Notes under the pieces: generated by a model | Database searches by the model: none | What the model was told of the DNA's origin: nothing | What the model saw: only the letters and a program-made list of their open reading frames with translations | Part shown: in pieces, positions 1 to 9,213 of the stretch | Layout: every line of letters begins with the position of its first letter | Position numbering within the stretch: the stretch's first letter is position 1 | Source of the DNA: an uncultured Ignavibacteria bacterium | Lineage (GTDB): Bacteria; Bacteroidota; Ignavibacteria; Ignavibacteriales; Ignavibacteriaceae | DNA length: 40,000 nucleotides | NCBI GenBank assembly: GCA_963798865.1 | Contig: CAWCVZ010000004.1 | Location: 56,862 to 96,861, forward strand | Reading direction: 5' to 3' | Translations under genes and position numbers: made by a program

Positions 1-264
1 ATAAAACCAATATCTGATTTAAGAAATAAATCAAATGAGATTTCTGAATTAGCACATAATTCTAACGAGCCAATATTCATCACAAAAAATGGCGAAGGCG
101 ATTTAGTTGTTATGTCAATGTCTCATTATTCAATGATACAATTAAAACTTGATTTACTCGGGAAATTATCTGTTGCACAAAACCAAAAAGCCGATGGCGA
201 TAAAGGGCGAACATTAAAACAAGTTATGACCAGTATTAGGGCCACAATAAATGCCAGCCGATAA
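1..264 (+). CDS. Phd/YefM-family type II antitoxin (5' end outside window)
   Basis: Frame 1 is open from base 1 to TAA at 262-264. Translation IKPISDLRNKSNEISELAHNSNEPIFITKNGEGDLVVMSMSHY... matches the Phd/YefM N-terminal pattern. It overlaps the downstream toxin start by 14 nt. Confidence 0.7.
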   Translation: MKPISDLRNKSNEISELAHNSNEPIFITKNGEGDLVVMSMSHYSMIQLKLDLLGKLSVAQNQKADGDKGRTLKQVMTSIRATINASR

Positions 265-559
265 GTTTCACATTCGACTTCTCAGAATTGCGGAAGAAGA
301 TTTTACAGAAATCATAAAGTTTATTGCAGATGATAATCCGATTGCCGCTGAAGCAATCGCAACCAAAATAGAAAAGAACTTAGAGCTTCTTTCTGATAAT
401 TCTAATCTGGGCAGAATACCTAGAGATGAGGAAATCAAAAATCTTGGATATAGGTACCTAGTTGTTCAAAATTATATCATCTTTTACACAATTGAAGAAA
501 AAACAATTCTGATTCATAGAATCTTACACGGTGCCAGGAATTACAAATCACTACTTTAG
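251..559 (+). CDS. RelE/ParE-family type II toxin
   Basis: 102-aa ORF whose C-terminus (...YRYLVVQNYIIFYTIEEKTILIHRILHGARNY) is typical of ParE/RelE toxins. The gene overlaps the upstream antitoxin. Confidence 0.75.
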   Translation: MPADKFHIRLLRIAEEDFTEIIKFIADDNPIAAEAIATKIEKNLELLSDNSNLGRIPRDEEIKNLGYRYLVVQNYIIFYTIEEKTILIHRILHGARNYKSLL

Positions 560-570
560 CACTACAAGCA

Positions 571-820
571 ATATAACACTGTTGCCGCTAACCGCCGCCC
601 AGAACAGCAATGCAGATTAGAAAGACAACACCAATAATTTAGTCCGCCGCGGCGGAGTATGTAACTTTCATCGTATGCGCCAGCTGCACTTGCCCGCCTC
701 CGGTGGGACAATTTATTTTAGAATGTTACTGCCGAGCAGCAACCTTAGATTTTTTACAAAAGCCCAAAGCCATAATAATGCCGCTTTGAAAACGGCCTCC
801 GGTTGATTTGCTAGTTAGCC
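571..820 (-). other. attC site (belongs to the AKR cassette)
   Basis: atataac at 571-577 and gttagcc at 814-820. The left arm ctgttgccgctaaccgccgcccagaac is shared with the other attC sites. The site lies between the AKR stop (856) and the toxin stop (559). Confidence 0.7.
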
Positions 821-855
821 ATTTAACCACAACAGATTGTGAATGTTTATGAGAA

Positions 856-1812
<957 letters not shown>

Positions 1813-2086
1813 TTTTATGTTTCCTATTTTTTTATCATTTCAAAGTCCAAATAGTGGCTAACGGCTTGTTACTAAGGCGTAGCCCAGAACAAGAATGCCG
1901 AATAGAGCCACAACTGCCGAAACCCTGCCTGCCGGCAGGCAGGTACCAAAGCTAACAATTACTAAAAACCCAACGGATAATTCGCAGTCGGCTTGTCCCA
2001 AGGACTCCTATGGAGAGGCACGTGATATTTCCAATAAGTAAAAAGTTATTTTTGAATAGCATCAACAACTTATCAGGAGGTATCAA

Positions 2087-3062
2087 ATGTTTTACACAGG
2101 TATCGATCTTCATAAATTCACTTCTTACTTAACTACCATTGACTCTTCAGGAGCAATTATTAAACAGGAAAACCTGAAAAATGTTGCTCATAACTTCGTT
2201 CAATATTTCAATTCCATTCCGGGTGAACATAAGGCAACAGTTGAATCAACTATGACCTGGTACTGGTTAAATGATCTTCTTTCTTCTATTAACATTCCCC
2301 TGGTCCTTGCTCATGCCAAGTATGTTAAAGCTATTGCATATGCTAAAGTTAAAACCGATAAAGTCGATTCTCATACTCTGGCTCAGCTTCTTCGTATGGA
2401 CTATATCCCTGCTGCTCATAAAATCTCAGCTGAAAACCGTCTTCTCCGGGATGCCCTTCGTGCAAGACTTAAAATAGTTCAGCGCCATACTTCGGTTACT
2501 AATTCTATGCACCTTCTTCTTGCTAAATATAACTATGATTCACCAACTCAGCTGACCGGTATTCCTGAATTTCAGTATCAGCAATTAACTGAAGTTGAAT
2601 CTTTACTAAATGAACAAATGCTCAATCTTGAAAAGCAACTTTATCCTTTTCTTATTCCTAACGATGATATCCAACGTCTGCTCTGGATCCCGGGCATTGG
2701 AAAGATGAATGCTTTTACTATACTTCTGGAAGTTGATGACATCAATCGTTTTCCGGATGTAAAAAACTTCTTCTCTTACTCAAGGCTTACTCCTTCTGCA
2801 CGTAACTCAGGCGGTAAATCTAAACAACGTTCATCCAAAGACGGTAACAAATATCTCAAAGTTGCTTTCTCTGATGCTGCCATTCACGCTGTTCAGTACT
2901 ATCCGGTTATTCGCAAATATCATAGCTCGCTGCTGCAGTAAGAAGAACAAACAAATTGCTAAAACTATTATTGCCAAGGAAATTGCATCAATTGTTTATT
3001 ACGTATTGAAAAATAAATCTGACTTTAACAACAAATTCAAAGGTCAAAGAATTAGATCATAA
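2087..3062 (+). CDS. IS110-family (DEDD) transposase, with an apparent frameshift near 2925-2940
   Basis: N-terminal GIDLHK, VESTMTWYW and KTDKVDSHTLAQL motifs, then the C-terminal IPGIGKMNAFTILLEVDDINRF...SGGKSK module. The reading frame continues in ORF 2862..3062 (KKNKQIAKTIIAKEIASIVYYVLKN). Confidence 0.85.
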
Positions 3063-3230
3063 GAAGTCTTTACAATGGCCGCGTGTAGTAAGCCCCTACG
3101 CCTAACTGATTAGCCAAGCATAATCCTTGCCGCTGGATTGGGAAACTAACACGCTATGCCTATTAAATATCTGGAATCGTATTCTTCATTGAATACAGCC
3201 TTCACTTATCGTGATAGTAAGTCCCTAAAG
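3063..3230 (+). ncRNA. Candidate bridge-RNA-type non-coding region of the IS (hypothesis only)
   Basis: A 168-nt non-coding tail lies between the transposase stop and the IS end, where IS1111-group elements are reported to encode their guide RNA. It contains gcctaac and aggcgtag-like strings (3091-3107) resembling the attC left arm (1856-1885). No fold or covariation was computed. Confidence 0.25.
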
Positions 3231-3392
3231 AGGTTTGGTTTGCCATAGTGCAGCCTCATAGATATTACGGCATTAATTGTTGTTTAAAAGTAGAAGACAG
3301 TATATCAAAGAACTATTTTTTTTACAAAACTTTTTTTGCCAGGGATTTTTATTTTCTTTTTCTACCTATTGACCTTTTACTTATTAAAGAGG

Positions 3393-4022
3393 TTATACCG
3401 TTACTCCTATTAGCTGCTGATGTATCCATTTTTTAGAGAAAGTAATTTTTATCGTAATTGCCAAATACCAAAGCCCAATAAATGGACCAAAATCAATATA
3501 TTCTTCATATGGAGGAATTGGAAAAGAGATTATATTGGTAATTATCATTAAAAGCGAAATTAATATTCCAACAATTGAAAAAATTTTTCCCAATTTAGGA
3601 TGTTGAAAAATACTTACCGCGAATAAAAATGTTCCTAAAAATATATAAACATCCCAGGCAACATCTAATCCATAATGGATATGATTAAATGAATTCCAAA
3701 TCCATATGCTAGATTCTTCAACCAGTTTTGGTTTTGATGACTTAATTGCGAGTTGTACTAAAAACATTTGAGTAAGCAAAGCACCGGCAATAATGTTTGA
3801 GAACAATGCAATTTTAGAGGCAATTGTTTTTTTATAAATTTGAATAAAATGATATAAGCCAGCAGAAGCTAAACTTAGTAAAATTCCCATTGCAGCAGCT
3901 AGAATAACTCCCAAAATTAAATTTGAAATGAATTGTAATAACGGATAAATAATGCTTACAAGAAAACCACAAATAATTCCAATGTTTATCCAATTTTGAA
4001 TTAGTCGATTATCATTATTCAT
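3393..4022 (-). CDS. Multi-pass membrane protein, unknown function (cassette-borne)
   Basis: 209-aa ORF with 5-6 hydrophobic segments. Its start lies 22 nt from the attC box at 4044-4050. About 150 nt of non-coding sequence separate its stop from the attC box at 3237-3243. Confidence 0.65.
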   Translation of the reverse strand: MNNDNRLIQNWINIGIICGFLVSIIYPLLQFISNLILGVILAAAMGILLSLASAGLYHFIQIYKKTIASKIALFSNIIAGALLTQMFLVQLAIKSSKPKLVEESSIWIWNSFNHIHYGLDVAWDVYIFLGTFLFAVSIFQHPKLGKIFSIVGILISLLMIITNIISFPIPPYEEYIDFGPFIGLWYLAITIKITFSKKWIHQQLIGVTV

Positions 4023-4043
4023 AACTCTTCTACCTTTTTGACA

Positions 4044-4286
4044 GTATAACGACGTTGCAACTAACCCGCCGCCCAGAATAAGAACGACAAGCTATTTACA
4101 ACTGCCGATGATTTAGCAAACTGTGCTTAACTTTCATCATAAGCGCAGTTTGCAACTATATTGTTTAATAGAACTACCTTTAAAAAGTTAGCCGAAACAG
4201 CCTGCCCCTATGGGGGAACGACTAATTCTAAAATTTATAAATTGCCGAATGCGAACTTGCGGTCGGCGTTAAGTTGCCTGTTATAT
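4044..4286 (-). other. attC site
   Basis: gtataac at 4044-4050 and gttatat at 4280-4286. Imperfectly complementary arms, with the conserved inner hairpin gcaaactgtgcttaac...taagcgcagtttgc. Confidence 0.8.
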
Positions 4287-4291
4287 TTGCT

Positions 4292-4786
4292 TTAATCGTA
4301 ACCACCATTTCTTGGCGGTAGAACTTTATATTCTGGCTTTGATTCTATGATTTGTCTTATATAGTTAGATAATTTTTCTATTGATTTATAATTTTCCGTT
4401 TGATATTCTGGTGTTATATATTTCCAGGTAATTTCTTTCTCCTGATCATTTATTTTTATTCTTAAATATTGTTGAAAGTTAGGACTTATTTCTACTGGAC
4501 TATTATCTATGATTGTATCTGGTAATGAATAAAAGTTTGTTTCGTTAATTTTATTTTCGATTTTTTGTTGTTCTTCTTCTGTTAACCAAAACTTCACTTT
4601 TTTCAAACCATCTAAAACTAAATCCTTAATTAAATAATTATCATAGGTATTCAGTTCATCTTTATAGTTGTATTTAAATAATATTTTAACAAACTGTTCA
4701 TTTGGCTCTACACTGTTTTCATTGCACGAAATAAAAATTAAAGAAATCAATAATGTTAATGTGATTTTTAAATATTTCATAAACAC
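4292..4786 (-). CDS. Lipoprotein, unknown function (cassette-borne)
   Basis: 164-aa ORF with a signal peptide and lipobox-like LIFISC. It fills the cassette exactly between the attC boxes. Confidence 0.7.
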   Translation of the reverse strand: MFMKYLKITLTLLISLIFISCNENSVEPNEQFVKILFKYNYKDELNTYDNYLIKDLVLDGLKKVKFWLTEEEQQKIENKINETNFYSLPDTIIDNSPVEISPNFQQYLRIKINDQEKEITWKYITPEYQTENYKSIEKLSNYIRQIIESKPEYKVLPPRNGGYD

Positions 4787-4811
4787 CTCAAAAAAAATAT
4801 TATTTTTGCAA

Positions 4812-5040
4812 ATATAACGGCGTTGTGCCTAAGCCGCTGCCCATAACAGCAATGCTTAACTTTTACACAATGCCGATGATTAAGCCGAAGGTGCGTAACT
4901 TTCAATTTCTTCACGCACCGAAGGCAAGTTAATTATTTATTTGAACTACCTTGAACAAGAAACTTAGACGAAGCAAACCAAGCCGAGAATCTGGAAAAAC
5001 TGGTGGATGCGAAGCAGTCGGCTTGAGGCACTTGTTATAC
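4812..5040 (-). other. attC site
   Basis: atataac at 4812-4818 and gttatac at 5034-5040. Arms aacggcgttgtgcctaagccgctgccc and gcagtcggcttgaggcacttgtt. Confidence 0.8.
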
Positions 5041-5046
5041 CTATTT

Positions 5047-5325
5047 TTATGAATGAGCCTTTTGTAATAACTCTGAAACATATTCTGAACGGGAAGATGA
5101 ATCTAATTTTTTGTTATTCTTCTTACACCAGTTTTTAAAATTAGTTGGAGAAATATTAACTTTTTTAACAGTGAATCCTTGATCTTCAAGTTTAGATTTA
5201 GATAAAGAAGCTTCGACTAACCAATCATCATAGTTATCTTCTATTTGATCTTCAGAAATATTTTTCCATTCCTCCCAATCATTTTCATTAAACCAGGCAA
5301 TTCCAATTATTGATTCTTTATCCAT
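5047..5325 (-). CDS. Small acidic cytoplasmic protein, unknown function (cassette-borne)
   Basis: 92-aa ORF that exactly fills a 317-bp cassette. I recognise no motif. Confidence 0.6.
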   Translation of the reverse strand: MDKESIIGIAWFNENDWEEWKNISEDQIEDNYDDWLVEASLSKSKLEDQGFTVKKVNISPTNFKNWCKKNNKKLDSSSRSEYVSELLQKAHS

Positions 5326-5357
5326 TTTATCATCTCATATTTTATGAAACTTAATAG

Positions 5358-5601
5358 GTATAACGACGTTGTGCCTAAGCCGCTGCCCAGAATAAGACTG
5401 CCAAAAGAAACCACAACTGCCAAAGATTAAGCAAACTGTTTTAAATTTCCTCGTACAAACAGTTTGCAAGTTTATTAAATTAGTAATGACTACCTTGAAC
5501 AAGTTAGCCGAAACAGCCTGCCCCTATGGGGGAACGGCTAACTTTAAAATCCCAAAATTGCCGGGAGCGAAATCACTGTCGCCTTGAGCCACTTGTTATA
5601 C
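5358..5601 (-). other. attC site
   Basis: gtataac at 5358-5364 and gttatac at 5595-5601. It carries the same inner modules as 4044..4286, including gcctgcccctatgggggaacg. Confidence 0.8.
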
Positions 5602-5604
5602 TGG

Positions 5605-6396
5605 TTACTTACTATGGACTAATAAATTTCTAAATTCTTTTAGTGTTAATATTCTTATCATTTCAAATTTAGAAATGTCTTCTTGCAATTTAATCGGCGA
5701 AGGAACAACTATAACTGCATTATTAACATTTTCAAATTTAGCCATCTCATTCAGATTAAAAACAATATCTTGAATCATTTTGATAGGCATTGGGCGCAAC
5801 CAATTCTTAACTTCAACTATAAACCTATTATCATACTTTTCAATGAGGAAGTCATAGTATATATCGTGACTTTTTACAATTCTGTAACCAGATTTATATA
5901 TGATATTTTCAACTTCTTTTTCGAACTCTACATATTTATGAATAGATGATTGTTTACTGCTTTCGGTTGAAGATTCTTTATACTTTCTAAAAAAATATAT
6001 TAAAAGTGTCGCAGCAAAACTGGCTCCTAAAGTTCCTAAAATAAGAGCAATAAGTTCATTGGTTGATTCATTAGTTTTAATTTTTTGTAGTTCTGGAAAT
6101 AAAGGAATAACAGTTCCAATTACAGAAGCTATTAAAGCGAGAAGAACAGGCAATAATGTTTTTGTTATGAATCTTTGACGAGTAGATGGTAATGATTCAA
6201 TTTCAGATTCTTTAATAGGTAAGCTTTCTAAATGTATAATTGTCCCATTTATTCTTTGTAATATTTGTTCTCTTTGTTCTTGTGTTATAAAATCTGTTTC
6301 AACAATTCTTGTGTAAATTGTGTTCATTATTTGAGATTCAGATAATAAATCAATTGGCATCAAGACTTTATAATACACGTGTCCTTGCTCTCTCAA
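5605..6396 (-). CDS. Two-TM membrane protein with a C-terminal PD-(D/E)xK (Mrr-cat / restriction-endonuclease-like) domain
   Basis: Two hydrophobic helices (LLPVLLALIASVIGTVIPLF and LIALILGTLGASFAATLLIYFF). They are followed by FEKEVENIIYKSGYRIV...YDFLIEKYDNRFIVEVKNW, a D...E-x-K core as in Mrr-like nucleases. The listed start is TTG; the true start may be the internal ATG (MPIDLL). Confidence 0.55.
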   Translation of the reverse strand: MREQGHVYYKVLMPIDLLSESQIMNTIYTRIVETDFITQEQREQILQRINGTIIHLESLPIKESEIESLPSTRQRFITKTLLPVLLALIASVIGTVIPLFPELQKIKTNESTNELIALILGTLGASFAATLLIYFFRKYKESSTESSKQSSIHKYVEFEKEVENIIYKSGYRIVKSHDIYYDFLIEKYDNRFIVEVKNWLRPMPIKMIQDIVFNLNEMAKFENVNNAVIVVPSPIKLQEDISKFEMIRILTLKEFRNLLVHSK

Positions 6397-6638
6397 TGAT
6401 TAATGCTCTTGAATATCTCCACTATTTTTAGGAGTAAATTCTTCCGTTAAAACGATTCTTTCTAACTAGAAATGTTGTTCAATGTTTATGCTGATTAGCG
6501 AGTCTTGATTCTTTCTTTTATTAGTGCACCTATTAGTTTGGCGATTTAAGTTATTTTTCGAGAGAAGATGTATAACTGATATGAATAACACTAAAAAATG
6601 GTTTAGTAAGATGGATAATGTTTGCCATTTCTTACCAT

Positions 6639-6870
6639 TGTATAGGCGGGGCTTTGCTTGCTCTCGCCGCAGCCCGGAAACAAGAATGTCGCTTAAAAAA
6701 CAATGCCTAAGATTTAGCAAACCGTGTGTAATTTTTCTCGTACACACGGTTTGCAAGTTTATTAATTAGAACGAGTACCTTGAACAAGTTAGCCGAAACG
6801 GAACGACCAACATTAAAATTTATAAAATGCCGAATGCGAAAATGCTGACGGCTTGAGCAGCTTGTTATAT
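6639..6870 (-). other. attC site with a degenerate crossover-side box
   Basis: The right box gttatat (6864-6870) and the inner modules are intact. The left end reads tgtataggcgg instead of gtataacggcg, so the AAC (GTT on the cassette strand) triplet is lost. An extra ggctttgcttgctct is present. Confidence 0.6.
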
Positions 6871-6949
6871 AGCGACTACTATTATCTTAAATTCACTCCA
6901 AGTTTTAGTTAACCGAATAAGTTCCCTTGAACAGACGTTGTATTTTTAA

Positions 6950-7896
6950 TTAAGTTTTTTTTTGCATTATTTTCGTTACCATTTCGTAAATATTGTCTTG
7001 TTTTATGATAGTAATGTCTTTCTGTTCTTTGATAAGGTCTCTGTTCAAGTCAAACATTGGATTGTTTTCATCAAGATCGTTCGTCATACATTACTGCTCG
7101 AGGAATATTATATTCTTTTGCAAAGCCCATCGCTAAACGTGCCCCACTGTCAAATTTTTGTCCGAAACATTTTTCCTACGTTCGGCGGAATTTTGAGCAT
7201 AACTTGCAGCTAAAACAATCGTATCACAAAACAACGCTTGTAAGCGGTCACGTTCTTTATAACGACTGCTTAATTCCATTTTGCTTTTAAAATCATTGCC
7301 ATATTCTGTGACAAGCAAGTCCGCCTTCTTCAAAAATTTGAAATGCTAGTCCTTTATTTCTTGCAGGTAAAATATTATTTAATGGGCTTGGTAAAATTGC
7401 AACTGTTTTGCCATTAGAATCTAATGCTTGTTGATGAGAAATACTATCACAACCAAATGCCAATCCGCTAAATATTGTTGCACCATTTTTAACAAACTGA
7501 GCAACAATTTTTCTTTCTCTTTCTTCTATGTCGCCTTCTGGATTTAAAAGTCCAATTACAGAAATGTTTTTATTTTCAATACTCAATAAGTCAATATTAC
7601 CTTTGTAATAAAGAAAAACAGGTCTGTTCACTTTCTTTTACGTTACCGCGATGTTGTGGAAAATTTGGGTCACCAAAAGCAACAAAACCATCACAATATT
7701 CTTCAAATTTTTGTATAAGTTTTGTTTCAAACTCTTTTCTGAGATATTCAAATTCAGATACAGTAGTTTTTTTTGATATTTTATTATTTAGCAAAGAAAC
7801 AATAATGTCAACACTTTCATTGCCTTTCAAATTCTTTACAACCCAAGCATTACCTATACCCTTATAGGATTTAGCAGTTAGAATGTTTATAGGCAT
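6950..7896 (-). pseudogene. DprA/Smf-like (SLOG Rossmann) protein, ShosA-like, broken by several frameshifts
   Basis: The ORF fragments 7597..7896, 7293..7631 and 7133..7333, plus two further frames that I translated by hand, join up. Together they read ...ISVIGLLNPEGD...GATIFSGLAFGCDSISHQQALDSNGKTVAILPSPLNNILPARNKGLAFQIFEEGGL / LVTEYGN...RYKERDRLQALF.DTIVLAAS / DSGGARLAMGFAKEYNIPRAV. This matches the DprA core pattern GLAxGxDxxxHxxAL...T.AVL....YPxxN. The last readable stop is at 6950-6952. Confidence 0.6.
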
Positions 7897-7976
7897 TTTC
7901 CGAGTATTTCATTTCTTTATATCTTTTCTTATTGTAAATGTATTAAAACGGTAAATCATCCGTATTGGTAGTTAAG

Positions 7977-8640
7977 TTACTCTAAGAGAGTAACACTTCT
8001 CGATTTTGTCTTACCAACTGCATAAAATATAACGTGATTTTGCTTCATTGTCATAACAACGCTTGAATAGCATCCTCGTCAATATTTACTGTCTTTGTAT
8101 ATAAATCATCTATCAACAGAATATCTTTATTTCTAACATCTATTGGAAATACGTACAAGTATCTTTAGTAATTCCAGGATAAGGTGATACTCTCCACTAC
8201 CTCCGCCAGAAATGCCTCTATCTTAAGTGAGTTGTTTTTGTATCAGTATGTCTTATAATATAAATTCGTACTCTACTTAAAAAAGCCATTTAAGCCGATT
8301 CGCTACATTAATAACAGTCGCTCTTGAATAATAACTGATTAGCATTATATTTTACTTTCGCTCTAGGTACAACGCAAACCGTAAGATGTAGTCTTTTTAA
8401 CTCGGTTAGCTTTAGAATTTGTGGCAAGTCTTCTAATAGTATTTTAGATAATTGTTGAGAAGTGTTTTGCAAGACACTATTAGGGGTATAAGGTGTAATA
8501 TCATTTTTAAGAGTACAAATAATATTTTCGATCGTTCCTTGCACTTTCCATTGTCCACCACCGCCAGAATAATCGGAATGATAAAAACCTTGTATATCTT
8601 GGCTCAAAAAGTTGTTTCCCTCGATTGTAAAACTGTGCAT
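7977..8640 (-). pseudogene. Phosphoribosyltransferase-type protein, ShosT-like, heavily frame-disrupted
   Basis: ORF 8308..8640 (..LTVCVVPRAK..) is followed by hand-translated fragments in three frames: IIRHTDTKTTHL, GISGGGSGE, PYPGITKDTC, NKDILLIDDLYTKTVNIDEDAIQALL and VIFYAVGKTKS. The hydrophobic-DD-x-x-T pattern is the PRTase PRPP-loop signature. At least five frame breaks occur within about 660 nt. Confidence 0.5.
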
Positions 8641-8643
8641 AAA

Positions 8644-9213
8644 CTATATCCTTATAATGTTTTGAGTTGGGTATCCCGGCTTTTATTGCGTCTCCGATTT
8701 CTGTTTTTTCGTTTTCAAAAGCAATAACTAACTCAGTTGAAATACCTAATTCTGAAATTGCATTTTCAAATTTATTAAGTGTAAGAACCATTTAAGCTAA
8801 GTTTTCTAAAGAAAAATTTGTTCGAATCGGTTTGTTAACCCGTGAAATTCTAATGTTTCTTGTGCTCTCATTTGTCGGCAATTAGTGACCAAAATAGAGC
8901 TGTTTGTTTTTGAATACTTTAAAAGAATGTTAGCAACGGGCTTTATCAGTTTTGTGGCGTGTAGGAAGTCTTTATAGCTATTCTTCTTTTTCTTGGATTA
9001 TTCTTTCGTATTCTGTTTCATTTAAATTTGGAACAGCGTTTTTTAGAATAACGCGGTTAAAACGTTTGCTCAGGATTGAATGTTATATCGTGTTCTGATT
9101 TTGTCACAGATATGAATTGCTTTTTTGTAAGAGAGAAAGTTGGCATAGTTTGTGTCAACCAATGTTCCGTCAATATCAAAGAATAAAACCGTATCAGTCT
9201 GTAATCTTAAGCT
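8644..9213 (-). pseudogene. HAD-superfamily hydrolase, frame-disrupted, no clear start codon
   Basis: Hand translation of the minus strand gives DTVLFFDIDGTLVDTNYANF (HAD motif I, DxDGT) near 9140-9200. It also gives a C-terminal ...ISELGISTELVIAFENEKTEIGDAIKAGIP (HAD motif IV region) at 8660-8770. Stops and frameshifts lie in between. Confidence 0.5.

Larger units (their letters stand above)
1996..3230 (+). mobile_element. IS110/IS1111-family insertion sequence inserted inside an attC site
   Basis: 1235 bp interrupt the attC exactly (see the split attC). It has a single DEDD-type transposase ORF, no terminal inverted repeats, a short 91-bp 5' non-coding end and a longer 168-bp 3' non-coding end. 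GTCCC(A/T)AA occurs at both termini. Boundaries are good to a few nt. Confidence 0.75.
1856..3243 (-). other. attC site split by an IS insertion (halves 1856-1995 and 3231-3243)
   Basis: The left half ggctaacggcttgttactaaggcgtagcccagaac...cgcagtcggcttg stops at 1995. The expected continuation aggtttggtttgcc resumes at 3231. Joined, they read gcagtcggcttgaggtttggtttgcc, matching intact sites such as gcagtcggcttgaggcacttgttatac (5014-5040). Confidence 0.7.

Noticed and set aside
2271-2477. 68-aa ORF nested in the IS transposase gene
   Set aside because: It is an alternative frame of a gene with clear IS110 motifs. The hydrophobic, low-complexity translation is typical of out-of-frame AT-rich sequence.
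6466-6769. ORFs 6466..6756 (-) and 6524..6769 (+)
   Set aside because: Both run through the attC site at 6639..6870 and its conserved hairpin modules. Their sequence is dictated by the recombination site, not by coding constraints.
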